Shown in pieces: positions 49,701-60,206 of a stretch of DNA of 64,000 nt (the first letter of the stretch is position 1; every line of letters begins with the position of its first letter). The DNA is taken from positions 320,001 to 384,000 of the forward strand of contig CAWFJP010000001.1 in the NCBI GenBank assembly GCA_963816145.1. The letters are read 5' to 3'. Source of the stretch: an uncultured delta proteobacterium. Lineage in GTDB: Bacteria; Desulfobacterota; Binatia; UBA9968. The notes beneath the pieces were generated by a model, which had not been told where the DNA came from, did not search any database, and saw only the letters and a program-made list of their open reading frames with translations. The position numbers and the translations under genes were made by a program.

Positions 49701-50531
49701 CTATTTTACTTCGAAAAGAAACGGTTTCTGCAATATCCAGTTGACGATCTGCTCAACAGTTTCGGATTCCCTGCCCCAAAAGCCATGTTGGCTGCGCGCT
49801 TCGCAGGTTGTCGATTCCGGCGGCAAACCGCCCCACACGGTAATCAGCGGATACTTTTCAGATAGGTGCGCGGCATCGCCGTAGGGCGTGTAACGGCATT
49901 GATCGCTGACATGATGCGCAAACAAAATCGGCACCGCAATCGTCGTGAAGTCGAAGCGGCTAAGTGCAGGGCCGGGCTCGTTACTATTTCGCCCCACCTC
50001 TCTAAACATAGTCGCGGTGAGAACTATGCCGGCGACTTTTGTACCGAAACGAGCGCCCAGCGCCGCCGCCGATATCGTGCCGCGGCTGGTGCCGATCAAA
50101 AACACCGACAAGCCGGGAAAACGCTTGTTGAGATCGGCGACTACCGCGGAAATATCGGTGAAGTGATCGCCGCCCAGGCGAAACTCATCAGTCATGCCCC
50201 AACCACGTTGCTGATCCGAAGGCGCATCAAGAATCGCTGCAATGACGCCGCGCCTGACGAACTCGGCACGGCTACGAACCAAAAAATTGCCACCGGCAAA
50301 CTTCGGCTGTCCGCCCTCGCTGCGCAGCTGAATCAATCCACCGGAACCAGGAAACAAAATAGCAATCGCTTGCAGCTGCTTCGGCGCACTGGTGAGGAAA
50401 TAGGACTGCGTTACGTTAGCGCGAGTCGTGAGCGCGACGATCTCCTGGGCGGCCGCCAACCCTGTCAGCATCAACAGTGCCGTCACCACGATCAGAGTGC
50501 CGATGGCTCGGCGGCGCCAAAGCCTAGACAT
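49701..50531 (-). CDS. Secreted alpha/beta hydrolase-like protein
   Basis: Signal peptide; NFLVRSR, GTSRGT.SAA, HH..D.C..TP and HGF.G.E. Confidence 0.8.
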   Translation of the reverse strand: MSRLWRRRAIGTLIVVTALLMLTGLAAAQEIVALTTRANVTQSYFLTSAPKQLQAIAILFPGSGGLIQLRSEGGQPKFAGGNFLVRSRAEFVRRGVIAAILDAPSDQQRGWGMTDEFRLGGDHFTDISAVVADLNKRFPGLSVFLIGTSRGTISAAALGARFGTKVAGIVLTATMFREVGRNSNEPGPALSRFDFTTIAVPILFAHHVSDQCRYTPYGDAAHLSEKYPLITVWGGLPPESTTCEARSQHGFWGRESETVEQIVNWILQKPFLFEVK

Positions 50532-50554
50532 ACGTCATCACATACTTCGTCTGC

Positions 50555-51463
50555 TTAATTCTTCACCGACCTGTAGGCCGCATCGATGTAGAGGCCCAAA
50601 AGGTTCTGGCCATTCCAGTCCGCATACTCGGGCATTTTAAGTTCGGTCTTGATCTCTGCGAGAGACTTGCCCTGCGCCGCCATCTCCCCCACCCGTATAA
50701 GCAGCAAGTTGTAGAAACCTTCGTACTCGTCGAAGGTTTTCGTCGTGGTCACCGGACCATGTCCAGTAATAACAACCTCCGGGTTAAGAGCTTTCATTAG
50801 CTTATAGCTGGCCAGCACGTCGGCGATCACAACCGACGGCCGAAGATTTTGCAAGCCTTTTACGACAGACGCCGCCGCCGCGAACAGCACTCGCTCTTTT
50901 GGCATCCATATGGCAGTGTCAGCGAAACTGTGAACGTTTTTCAGATAAATCAATTCAAAAGTACGCTCGCCAAGATTGATCGTCATCCGGTCCTTGTACT
51001 CGACATGCGGCGCGATCATTCTTTCACCCTTCACCGCCTCGCGCATTTCGGGGGATTGCGCGGCAAGAGTTTCGGCTCGCTTGGGATTGTACTCCCTCTT
51101 CATCCCCGCCGCCGCTCCTTCGGCGCTAATAATGATTGCTGGCGGCGAGAAAATGAAGTGATTACCGGTGTGATCGTTATGGGTCTCGGTGTCGATGAGA
51201 AACACGATCGGTTTATCGGTGACTTTCTTGATCGCCGCCAACATGTTGCGCGACTGCAACGGGTTATTGCAACTATCGATCACCACCACACCTTCCTGCG
51301 TCACGACGAAACTGCAAGTCGTCGTGGTCTGGTCCGGTGCGAAGGTATAAATGCCATCCTTGATCTTGTGAAACCCCGGGCCGAGATCTTGCGCGCCCAA
51401 TGCGCCTACCCATAAGAACGCCGCCAACGCGGCCAAGCTAAGCATACCGGTTTTCAATTTCAC
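50555..51463 (-). CDS. Secreted MBL-fold protein (cyclase-like)
   Basis: Signal peptide; EGVVVID, TETHNDHTGN, HS..D..IW.PKE.VLF and GHG. Confidence 0.82.
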   Translation of the reverse strand: MKLKTGMLSLAALAAFLWVGALGAQDLGPGFHKIKDGIYTFAPDQTTTTCSFVVTQEGVVVIDSCNNPLQSRNMLAAIKKVTDKPIVFLIDTETHNDHTGNHFIFSPPAIIISAEGAAAGMKREYNPKRAETLAAQSPEMREAVKGERMIAPHVEYKDRMTINLGERTFELIYLKNVHSFADTAIWMPKERVLFAAAASVVKGLQNLRPSVVIADVLASYKLMKALNPEVVITGHGPVTTTKTFDEYEGFYNLLLIRVGEMAAQGKSLAEIKTELKMPEYADWNGQNLLGLYIDAAYRSVKN

Positions 51464-51638
51464 GGACTTCTCCTCTATAGGGCAGAAAACACTTCCGATC
51501 CGGGCTCAAGCTTACCGAAATGACTCGGAGAGCGTCAAGTAACTATCTTCCGAATGTTTTACATTGACCATTGAGCCCGCGTTGTACTAGAGAAGGCCAA
51601 AGCCAGACGGCATTTGTAACACAGTGATCGGAGGGGAT

Positions 51639-52664
51639 ATGAAACCATCGTTCCTAGCTGTCATCGTCCTTCTCAACATCACGGCGGTGCAAGCCCAGAC
51701 GCCGTTTTTCCAAGGCAAGACAATCCGCATCGTCACCGGCTACCCCGCCGGCGATGTCAACGACCTCTGGCCCCGGCTCATCGCCCGCCACATGGGCAAG
51801 TATATGCCCGGCAATCCCAGCTTCATCGTGCAGAACATGCCCGGCGCCAGCTCGATGATCGCGGCTAATTACGTCTACGGTGTCGCCAAGCCCGATGGTC
51901 TGACACTCGGCTGGATCGGACCGACGCTCTATTTCGACCAAATGGTCGGCCGCAAAGAAGTTAAATATGACTGGGCCAAATACAACTTCATCGGCTCGCC
52001 CTCACCGAGCGAACACCATCTCTACATGCGTAGCGACAGTCCGTACAAAACCATCGAAGACGTGCGCAAGGCAAGCGAACCGCCAAAGTGCGGTTCGGGG
52101 GGCGCCGCCGGCACCGGCTATTTTTTTCCCAAACTGCTCGAAGACACTGTCGGCGCAAAATTCAATATCGTGTTGGGCTACCAGGGTGGCGGCCCCATCG
52201 ACCTCGCCGTGGAAAAAGGCGAAATCCACTGCCGCGCCATGACCATCGAATCGTTCATGGCTCGTGAACCGTTCCACACTTGGCGCAAAAACAATTTCGT
52301 CCGCAGCCTAGCGCAATCCGGCCGCAAGCGAGACGCGCGCCTGACCGACACTCCAACCATCTATGAACTCATGGACCAGTATAAGGCTTCCGAACAATCA
52401 CGCCGAGTCGCCACCGTCATCCTCGCCGGCGGGGTCTTCGGCCGTCCACTGGTCGGCCCCGCCGGCATCTCGCCGGATGTAGTAAATACCCTGCGCGCCG
52501 GCATGGCCAGCGCCCTCAAAGACCCCGAGCTCAAAGTCGAAGCGGAAAAACGCAACTACGAGCTCGACCCCGTTGGCGGCGATGAAATGCAACGCCTTGC
52601 TAAAGAAGTGATGAGTCAGCCGCCGGCGGTGTTGGAGCGGATGAAAAAGGTGTTAGGGGAATAA
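51639..52664 (+). CDS. TctC/Bug-like substrate-binding protein (orphan)
   Basis: GYPAGD..D.W.R, MPGNP..IVQNMPGA.S, AKPDGLT and GYQGG..DLA.E.GE..CR; close paralog of 5703..6731. Confidence 0.9.
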   Translation: MKPSFLAVIVLLNITAVQAQTPFFQGKTIRIVTGYPAGDVNDLWPRLIARHMGKYMPGNPSFIVQNMPGASSMIAANYVYGVAKPDGLTLGWIGPTLYFDQMVGRKEVKYDWAKYNFIGSPSPSEHHLYMRSDSPYKTIEDVRKASEPPKCGSGGAAGTGYFFPKLLEDTVGAKFNIVLGYQGGGPIDLAVEKGEIHCRAMTIESFMAREPFHTWRKNNFVRSLAQSGRKRDARLTDTPTIYELMDQYKASEQSRRVATVILAGGVFGRPLVGPAGISPDVVNTLRAGMASALKDPELKVEAEKRNYELDPVGGDEMQRLAKEVMSQPPAVLERMKKVLGE

Positions 52665-52686
52665 TTCCGGGCCTTTCACCACGTAC

Positions 52687-52816
52687 AGACTGTGTCGCAA
52701 CTGTCATTTCGAGGTGAAGCCGAGAAATCTTGTCTTCCTATGTAGCTGAAAACACGAGATCCCTCGCTGCGCTCGGGATGACAGATGTGGGGTATTTGCG
52801 CATTACGACACAGTCT
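52687..52816. mobile_element. 130-bp MITE (TIR agactgtgtcg), copy 1
   Basis: agactgtgtcg...cgacacagtct, flanked by cgta(c)/cgta(g); inserted within a cacgaag-family repeat. Confidence 0.8.
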
Positions 52817-52902
52817 CGTAGGCACGAAGGACACGAAGGTTTCGGAAGAAAATAACTCCAGACTTCGTGATCTTCGTGCCTTCGCGGTTATTCCGATCTT
52901 GG

Positions 52903-53692
52903 TCATCTACTGACGAACCCATGTTTTCTGAGGAACGCGAGCACATGCTCGTCAAACGTCGCCGGATCCTCTAAACAGCACGCATGTCCCGCGCCCGGGA
53001 TGGTTCGGTGTTCCGCGCCGGCGATGCGCGTGCTCATGTCTTTGCTGCGTTTAAGCGAATTGTCGAACTCGCCGTTCATTATCAGCACCGGCATTTTCAG
53101 CTCGGGTAAGCGCGCGGTCAGGTCGCGGTTCTGCAGGGCATTGAAAATCTCCACGATGGCCGGCGCGCTGAGCCGCGAATCCATCTCGGTGTGCATGCTC
53201 AGTAGATAACTCCCCAATTTTGTCTGGGGAAATTCCTTGCTGACCAGGTCGGTGAGGTGTTGAATGTGAAACTTACCGACGCCTTGGTTCATGTATCCGT
53301 CGATGCGGCTCTGGTATCGGTCCCCCGGCATGCTGCTGCAGCCGACGAGAATCAAAGCTTTGAACAGCTCTGGGTGATCCAGGCCCAGCTGCAGGCCCAT
53401 GACGCCGCCGACGCTGACCCCGGCGAAGACCGCCTCGTTCGCTCCTTCTTGTCGGCACACGGCGACCACGTCTTCACAGAGATCAGTCATCGTGACCGGT
53501 GTCGCCGGCTTGTCGGAGTAACCATAGGCGCGCAGATCAACGTTGATGACTTTCATGAAGGTTGAGAAGTGTGCGACTTGATAGAGAAACATGCGCCGGT
53601 CGAACGGGTTGGCGTGCGTCAACACCAGCGGATATCCTTCGCCGGAAACTTCGTAGTAAGTTTTAACGCCGTTTCTAGCTGCTGTAGGGCAT
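52903..53692 (-). CDS. Alpha/beta hydrolase; +1 frameshift near 53680
   Basis: ATG at 53692 (MPY) joins RNGVKTYYEVSGEGYPLVLTHANP if one base is removed; DLRAYG.S, GVSVGG, GEFD and AGH. Confidence 0.82.
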
Positions 53693-53874
53693 ATGGGACC
53701 CCGATAATAGCCGTCGTCTTATGAATGAATGAGATTCTTTTTGGAGTAATAACTCTTTGCTGCGTGCTGCTCCCCATCTTACTTCCTCCCCATCGACGGG
53801 GGAGGACAGAGGTGGGGGTGCCCGTCAATTTCAATGACGTGCGCAGCACTCCCATCCTTACCTTTCCCCGTCGG

Positions 53875-54004
53875 AGGTTGTGTCGTAATGCGCAAACGCC
53901 CCACATCTGTCATCCCGAGCGCAGCGAGGGATCTCGTGTTTTCAGCCACATACGAAGAAGAGATTTCTCGGCTTCACCTCGAAATGACAGTTGCGACACA
54001 GTCT
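53875..54004. mobile_element. 130-bp MITE, copy 2 (inverted relative to copy 1)
   Basis: Near reverse complement of 52687-52816; gtcg is duplicated on both sides; inserted in the centre of a cttcccc-gtcg-agggagaagg palindrome. Confidence 0.8.
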
Positions 54005-54079
54005 GTCGAGGGAGAAGGAATTGTAAAGAAAAATCTGCCGGTAGAAATTTCGGACGAAACCTCCACGCATCCGCTCATG

Positions 54080-54907
54080 CTAATCGTTCGCGTGAGCCGC
54101 AAACGTCGCCGAGTCTTCGTTGGTGATTTGCAGGCGGAAGCCGCTGGGCTCACGGAAGTAAGTCCCCAGTTGCCCCGGCTTTCTGCCAGCGCGCTCGCCG
54201 TGCTCGTCGCGCTCCTCGATGCCGGCGGTATGGAGCTTGTCGACGATGGCGTGGAAGTCGTCGTCCTTCACGTAAAAAGCGAAGTGCCGGCCGCGCCAGG
54301 TCGCCTTGGTGACATCGCTGAGCACATCGACCTTGTTTAGAATTACGCTTTGCCCCGACGGCACGACGATTTCGGCCATGGCGTTGTTCTGCGTCCGCGC
54401 GGTGCAATTCATGAAGCGCTTGTAGAACGCCACGCTGGCGCCGATATCGGTGCTGTCAAAGTGCAGATGGTGCAGGCGGGTCTTGGCTATGCCCGGCGTC
54501 TTGGTGATTTCAAAAAAATTGCCTTCCGAATCTTGGAACACCAAGCCATCGCTCCAGCAGCAGCCCGCGCCGGCTTCGCTCTTGAGTTCCCTGACGAATG
54601 GACTGGTCTGGCGAATCCGCTGGACCATGCCATCGTATTCGGCGTCCGGCACTTGAAACGAATGACGCGGATACGAGTTGACGCTCTCGCGTTTCGGCAG
54701 CTGGTTCGAGCCCTGAGAAAATAGCCCGATATGATTTTCGCCGAGTTTCATGAATATCCGAGTCATCCTCGGCTCGTTTTCCGATTTCAACGTCCGCGCT
54801 CCCATGACCTCGGTAAAAAACTTCTCGGCCCGCTCGGGCTCCATCACCGCGACCACGAAATGATCGATATGACGCACATCGCCATTGGCTTTAACATTGT
54901 CGCTCAT
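54080..54907 (-). CDS. Two-domain VOC family protein
   Basis: IDHFVV, RHSF, DSEGN..E in domain 1; LHHLHF, RHFAF, EPSG..LQ in domain 2. Confidence 0.85.
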   Translation of the reverse strand: MSDNVKANGDVRHIDHFVVAVMEPERAEKFFTEVMGARTLKSENEPRMTRIFMKLGENHIGLFSQGSNQLPKRESVNSYPRHSFQVPDAEYDGMVQRIRQTSPFVRELKSEAGAGCCWSDGLVFQDSEGNFFEITKTPGIAKTRLHHLHFDSTDIGASVAFYKRFMNCTARTQNNAMAEIVVPSGQSVILNKVDVLSDVTKATWRGRHFAFYVKDDDFHAIVDKLHTAGIEERDEHGERAGRKPGQLGTYFREPSGFRLQITNEDSATFAAHAND

Positions 54908-54929
54908 AACTTTGTCTCCTTTTTCAAGC

Positions 54930-56027
54930 TCATTTCGGTTGTAAAGACTGCTTGGATTCTGCTTCGGGAAACACGACGATACGGTCCTTCGGCAAATAAG
55001 CCGTCACACCGCCTGCCGTCTTGGCCTCATCGGGTAAACTCTTGACGTTAAGAATTCGCTCGCCGATCTTGACTTCGCGCATGACATGATCGCCAAGAAA
55101 AAACGACGCGACAACATTGCCCGCTCGGCAGTTTTCCGCTTCAGCCGGCGCCGTGCCTAATTTGACATCTTCCGGGCGAATGCCGACGACCACGTTCCCT
55201 TCATACTGCCGCGCCGCGGCGATGACAAGCGGACCGATTTCGGTGTCGACTCGTCCGTTGGCAAGCACTTTGCCATGCAACCAGTTGATCGAACCGAAAA
55301 ACTCGGCGATCTGCGAATTCGCCGGCGACCGGTAAAGCTCGAAGGGATTGCCAATTTGTAGAATCTCGCCATGGGCCATGACCGCGATGCGATCGGCCAG
55401 CACCATCGCTTCGACTTGATCGTGAGTCACATAGAGCGCAGTGATGCCCAACCGACTGGCGAGCTTTTTGATATTGGTGCGCACCTCTTCGCGCAAGCGC
55501 GCATCCAAATTGCTGAGCGGCTCATCCATCAGGAGCAGCGCTGGGTTAACCGCCAAAGCGCGCGCCAGCGCGACCCTTTGCTGCTGCCCGCCGCTCAACA
55601 AGCGCGCCGGCCGATTCTCGAAGTCGTCCAATTGCACCAAGCTGAGCGCGTGGCGAATCCGCGCCTGCGCTTTGCTCTTGCTCAGCCGCGAGCGACCATG
55701 GGTCAGCACCAAGCCGATATTCTCCGCCACGGTCAGATGCGGCCAAATGGCGTAGGATTGAAAGACCATGCCGATCTCGCGTGCTTCGGGCGGCTCGGAG
55801 ACGCGCCGGCTGCTGGAGAAAACGGTCTTGCCGTTGAGCGAGATCTCGCCGCCGTCGGGCTTTTCCAGACCGGCGACGCTGCGCAGAAGCGTCGTCTTGC
55901 CCGAGCCGCTCGGCCCGAGCAGCACGAAGAACTCGCCGCGGGCGACTTCGAGGTCGATACCCTGAAGCGCCGCCACTGCGTGATCGCCGGATTGAAAATT
56001 CTTGCGCAAACCGGTGATCGAGATCAC
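54930..56027 (-). CDS. ABC transporter ATP-binding protein (FbpC/PotA-like, TOBE domain)
   Basis: GPSGSGKT, MVFQSYAIWPH, LSGGQQQR, DEPLSNLDA.LR and THDQ.EA; GTG start overlaps the permease stop. Confidence 0.93.
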   Translation of the reverse strand: MISITGLRKNFQSGDHAVAALQGIDLEVARGEFFVLLGPSGSGKTTLLRSVAGLEKPDGGEISLNGKTVFSSSRRVSEPPEAREIGMVFQSYAIWPHLTVAENIGLVLTHGRSRLSKSKAQARIRHALSLVQLDDFENRPARLLSGGQQQRVALARALAVNPALLLMDEPLSNLDARLREEVRTNIKKLASRLGITALYVTHDQVEAMVLADRIAVMAHGEILQIGNPFELYRSPANSQIAEFFGSINWLHGKVLANGRVDTEIGPLVIAAARQYEGNVVVGIRPEDVKLGTAPAEAENCRAGNVVASFFLGDHVMREVKIGERILNVKSLPDEAKTAGGVTAYLPKDRIVVFPEAESKQSLQPK

Positions 56028-57724
56028 GACACCTCCGTGAAGCGGCTGCGTCGGCCGTAGTATAGATAAACCATCACCGCCGGCAGCATGAAGGCGAGCA
56101 CCACGAGATTCGCCGCCGCCGCTTGATTGAGACTGCCACCCAACCACAAACCCCAAACGATCATCGGCAGCGTAACGTTGCCCTGGCTCGTCACCAGCAC
56201 CGACGCCATGGTCAGTTCGCGGAAGCACAACAGCGCCATCCACAGCCAGGCGTAGACCAACGCCGGCCGCAAAAGCGGCAACAAGATTTTGCGCATCACC
56301 TGCCAGAGCGGCAATCCGCCGACAAACGCAGCCTCTTCCAACTCGGGATGAATCTGCGCCAACGAGTTATTGATGATGCGGGTGGCGAAACTAATTCGGC
56401 TGATGGTGTAAACGATAATCAAAATCGCCAAGCTGCCGTAGAGCGAAACCACATCGCGCAACAGAAACAGCGACGCGAACACCGCGGCGATGGCGAGAAT
56501 CAAATGCGGTACAGCATGGGGCAAAAACGCCACGGCATCGAAGGCCACGCGCCACTTGAGTCCCGAACGCAGCACGGTCCAGGAAATCGCCAAACATAAA
56601 ACCAGCGTCACGGTCGGCACCGTCACCATGAGCAACACCGTATTCCAGGCGCCGTGGAATAGCAGATTCCACGGCAGGCTGTAAAAATTTTTGAGGGAGA
56701 CTTGCTCCAACGCCGCCCAAGAGGGCGGCTGAAAATAGCGCAGGAGAGACGCCCAGACCAGCAGAAGAAACGGCAACAGCTTGGCAACGGCAAAGAAGCT
56801 GCCAAGGAAAAACCAGGCCAAAAGCCAACCGCGCCGGCCCAACTCCACCAGCCGCGGCCGGTAGCCCTTGCCGGTGACCACCGCGTAGCGATGGGAAAAC
56901 TTCAAGGTGCGAAAATAGCCCCAGCTCAACAGCAGAGCCAGCACAACCAACAAACTGCTCACCGCCCCGGCCATGCCGTAGCTTGGCAGCTCTTCCTGCG
57001 GTTGGATTTTGTAGAAGATGAAAGTCGAGAAGGTAAAGATTTTGTTCGACATGCCGATGATCGCCGGCACTTCGAAGGCCGACAAGCTGATGGTGAAAAT
57101 ATAGATCGATGCGGCGATGATGCCGGGGAAGGTCAACGGCAAAGTTACATGGCGCAGCGTGCGCAAAATTCCCAGTCCATGCACCCGCGCCGCTTCTTCC
57201 AGCGCCGGGTCCATGCTGCGGTAGGTCGCGACGATCATGATGAAGGCGATGGAAGAAAGCCCCAACCCCTCGACCCAACCCATGCCGACCAGCGAAGCGA
57301 TGTTGAACGGCGCCTGCTCCAGACCGAACAGTTCGATCAAATACTTGTTGATGATGCCGATGCGCGGATGCAGCAAAAACACCCAGCCCATGGAGGTGAA
57401 AAACGTCGGCACCAGCGCGCCAATGGTCACCAGAGCATAGATGAGATTCTTGCCGGGCAAATCCGTGCGCTCCGCCAGCCACGCCGTCGGCACGGCGAAA
57501 AACAGCGCGACTAAAACCGCCGTGGTCGCGAAACCTATTGTATTGAGCAGCGTGCGATAGGTGGAGCCGTCGGTGAACAGTTCGCGATAATGCTTCAGCG
57601 TGTAGACCACCGGATCGCCCGGGCTCCCCTGCCAAAATCCCATCCAGAAGATTACCAGCAGAAACGCCAACACCGGCAGCAAACTGGCCACCGACACGGC
57701 GACAAACAACCAGCGGCCTTTCAT
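56024..57724 (-). CDS. ABC transporter permease (FbpB-like, two repeats)
   Basis: ERTDLPGK, DPALEEAAR..G, VTGKGYRP and IHPELEEAA. Confidence 0.93.
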   Translation of the reverse strand: MKGRWLFVAVSVASLLPVLAFLLVIFWMGFWQGSPGDPVVYTLKHYRELFTDGSTYRTLLNTIGFATTAVLVALFFAVPTAWLAERTDLPGKNLIYALVTIGALVPTFFTSMGWVFLLHPRIGIINKYLIELFGLEQAPFNIASLVGMGWVEGLGLSSIAFIMIVATYRSMDPALEEAARVHGLGILRTLRHVTLPLTFPGIIAASIYIFTISLSAFEVPAIIGMSNKIFTFSTFIFYKIQPQEELPSYGMAGAVSSLLVVLALLLSWGYFRTLKFSHRYAVVTGKGYRPRLVELGRRGWLLAWFFLGSFFAVAKLLPFLLLVWASLLRYFQPPSWAALEQVSLKNFYSLPWNLLFHGAWNTVLLMVTVPTVTLVLCLAISWTVLRSGLKWRVAFDAVAFLPHAVPHLILAIAAVFASLFLLRDVVSLYGSLAILIIVYTISRISFATRIINNSLAQIHPELEEAAFVGGLPLWQVMRKILLPLLRPALVYAWLWMALLCFRELTMASVLVTSQGNVTLPMIVWGLWLGGSLNQAAAANLVVLAFMLPAVMVYLYYGRRSRFTEVS

Positions 57725-57744
57725 ACTTTCTGCATTGCGTCAGC

Positions 57745-57892
57745 ACCCCTATCCTAACCTTCCCCCGTCGAGGGGGAAGGAATCGAAACAGAGTGTCGTC
57801 GTTGTTTTGTAACGCTCTTCAATTCGCACCGTCGACAAGCGAACCTTCCCTATTTCCTCCCCCTTGACGGGGGAGGATTAAGGTAGGGGTGA
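57745..57892. repeat. Doublet of cctccccc-type palindromic repeats
   Basis: ccttcccccgtcgagggggaagg and tcctcccccttgacgggggagga..aggtaggggtg. Confidence 0.7.
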
Positions 57893-57941
57893 AATCGCCG
57901 ACTAAACCTGGATTACGAACTACGTCAGACCGATCAATTCT

Positions 57942-58997
57942 TCAGTTGCCCGCCAAGATCTTTTGAAACTTTTGTCGGATGCGGCTGTGCTCCTCGGCGT
58001 TCTTCATGACATCCGACACCGAATACGAGGTGAACTTCACGCCGCGCTTTTCCTGCTCGGCGACAAACTTTTGCATCGGCGTGCCCTTGACCAGATGGGA
58101 GCTGCTGCGCTCGGTGTTGTAGAGAATATCCTGGCCGTCTTTGCTCAGCAAAAATGCCGCCAGCAAGGTTGCCGCGTTGGGGTTGCGCGCGTTAGTCGGC
58201 ACGGTCACATACCAATAAGAAAGGATGCCGGCGTCGCGAAACACCTGGCCATCCACCGGCCCGCCTTTTTCCTTGGCTTCCTGCGGCGCCGCGAGATCGC
58301 AGTTAAAGACCAGCATGGCGAACTCGCCGGCGGCGATGCGGTCGTCTTCGCCGCAGCGGATCAACCCGGAAACCTGCTTGACGAATTTTTCCAGGAACGC
58401 GGTGGTTTTTTCTTCGCCCCAGATCATCGACAGGCGATCGAAGGAGGCCGCGTACGGGGTCGAGGCGATCTTTCCCTTCCACTTGGGATTGAGCACATCC
58501 TCGACCCGCTGCGGGATATCCTTGCCGACAACCATCTTCGAGTTGTAGGTAAACCCCGGCGTGCGCGTCGTCACGATCAAGACCTTATTGTCGAAATCGA
58601 TCATCGGAGTCGTGATATGGTTGAAGGTTTTGCTCCAGTCGACGCTTTTGAGCGACATGCGCGCCACATGGTTTTCCGAGCCGACGAATAAATCGGTCGA
58701 CGACGGCTGCCCGGCCTTACCCTCTTGAATAATCCGGCTGGCAAACTGCGGCATGGCTGGACCGGGAGTGTATTTGAATTGAAGATTCAGTCCGTAGGTC
58801 TTGTTGAACGCCTTCTCCAGCGTCGCCGCCCCCTCGATGCCGCCCATGGTGCCGGTACCCCAGCTAAGAATCAGCTGGCCTTCCTTCTTCGCCGCCTCGA
58901 TCAACTGCGCCCGCGTCTGGGCAAAGCAATTGACCGGAATAAATGCAATCCCGATTATCAACGCGCTCAACAGCAAAGGGAATCTTACTCTAACCAT
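57942..58997 (-). CDS. ABC substrate-binding protein (Fe3+/thiamine-type) of the adjacent importer
   Basis: Signal peptide; AAKKEGQL, DVLNPKWKGKI and A.NPNAA.L...FLLS..GQ. Confidence 0.9.
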   Translation of the reverse strand: MVRVRFPLLLSALIIGIAFIPVNCFAQTRAQLIEAAKKEGQLILSWGTGTMGGIEGAATLEKAFNKTYGLNLQFKYTPGPAMPQFASRIIQEGKAGQPSSTDLFVGSENHVARMSLKSVDWSKTFNHITTPMIDFDNKVLIVTTRTPGFTYNSKMVVGKDIPQRVEDVLNPKWKGKIASTPYAASFDRLSMIWGEEKTTAFLEKFVKQVSGLIRCGEDDRIAAGEFAMLVFNCDLAAPQEAKEKGGPVDGQVFRDAGILSYWYVTVPTNARNPNAATLLAAFLLSKDGQDILYNTERSSSHLVKGTPMQKFVAEQEKRGVKFTSYSVSDVMKNAEEHSRIRQKFQKILAGN

Positions 58998-59064
58998 GTC
59001 AATCCTCCTCGCGGTAAACGAATGGAACTATTGGAACGGCTGGAACCCCTGGAACTCCCCAGAA

Positions 59065-60027
59065 TTAGAGATTCATCTTCTTCCCCAGCCCGCGCTTCAC
59101 CGCTTCATCGTAAAGCCAAGCGGCAAACGCCATATCGCCGTAGCCGCCCTGGGATTCGCGAAAAATATTAATCTCATCGCGGTCGGCGCGCCCGACCGCC
59201 TGGCCGGTGATCACTTCGCCCAGCTCAGGGACTCGGCTCCAAGAAAGCTTTCCTTCGGCGGCGAGTTCGACCAACGGCAGCGCCGCCGATTTATCGGCGT
59301 AATTGCGCTCCTGCTCCTGGCTGCCGACCACGGTGCGCCCGGCTTTCAAGTGCAAATCCCGGCTGATCTCCGTGGGCTTGCCCATGCTGCTGACATGGGT
59401 GCCGGCGTCGACCCAATTCGCCGGGAATATCGGCGTCAGCGAATTGGTCGCGGTGAGGATTACGTCCATGTCGCGCACGGCTTCTTCCGCCCTGTCGACA
59501 CCGCGCACGCTGATGCCAAGCACATTCTCGCCCTGCTCGCAAAATCTCTTGCGCCGCTCGGGATCGCGGCTCGACACGTAGATCTCTTTGATCGGCCGCA
59601 CCGATTGCAGAGCTTTGATAATCCCGAAAGCGTTGCGCCCAACGCCAAACAGTCCGAGTTTCTTGGAGTCGTCACGCGCCATATGTTTGGCAGCGATGGC
59701 GACCACCGCCGCCGTGCGCAGCGTGCCGAAAGGAAAACCCATGAACGCCAACAACTCGCCGCTCTCGGCATCGAACAGCGTGGCATACATCTTATCGCCG
59801 CCGCCAAGCCCGCTGTTTGGTCCCAGGCGCACACCGACGCGCTTTTGCTTGAGCACCGCGCCGGAGACGATGCGCAAAGTTTTGCTCGGCCCGACGGTGA
59901 TGTTATACGGCGCATGGGCGACAATCTGCCCCGCCGCCTGCTGCCGATGCGCATCCTCGATCAGCTCGATTGCCTTCGGTAGATCGAGCAACGGCGTCAA
60001 TTCATCACGACTAAGTAATAGAGGCAT
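59065..60027 (-). CDS. Ornithine cyclodeaminase/mu-crystallin family protein
   Basis: LFDAESG.LLA, LRTAA, G.FG.G..A, DVI.TAT.S, GTHV.S.G and GR....EI..F.....G..D.A.A. Confidence 0.88.
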   Translation of the reverse strand: MPLLLSRDELTPLLDLPKAIELIEDAHRQQAAGQIVAHAPYNITVGPSKTLRIVSGAVLKQKRVGVRLGPNSGLGGGDKMYATLFDAESGELLAFMGFPFGTLRTAAVVAIAAKHMARDDSKKLGLFGVGRNAFGIIKALQSVRPIKEIYVSSRDPERRKRFCEQGENVLGISVRGVDRAEEAVRDMDVILTATNSLTPIFPANWVDAGTHVSSMGKPTEISRDLHLKAGRTVVGSQEQERNYADKSAALPLVELAAEGKLSWSRVPELGEVITGQAVGRADRDEINIFRESQGGYGDMAFAAWLYDEAVKRGLGKKMNL

Positions 60028-60206
60028 ATATCTCTCCGCTTTGAATACGTTCCAATCGTTCAAGCCGTTCAATCGCTGCGCTCCGTTCAAATCGTATCGG
60101 AGGTTTCAAACCTTGTACGCTCCGGCTCTTTCCTCCCCCGCACCCGCGGGGGAGGATTAAGGAGGGGGTCGAACGACTTGAACGTTTGGAACGTTTGGAA
60201 CCGCGG

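Noticed and set aside
56391-57746. Long alternate-frame or antisense ORFs (e.g. 451 aa here, 58801..59982, 34560..35615, 15256..16446, 47244..48158)
   Set aside because: These are Arg/Gly/Ala-rich shadows of genuine genes, expected in GC-rich DNA, with no recognisable motifs.
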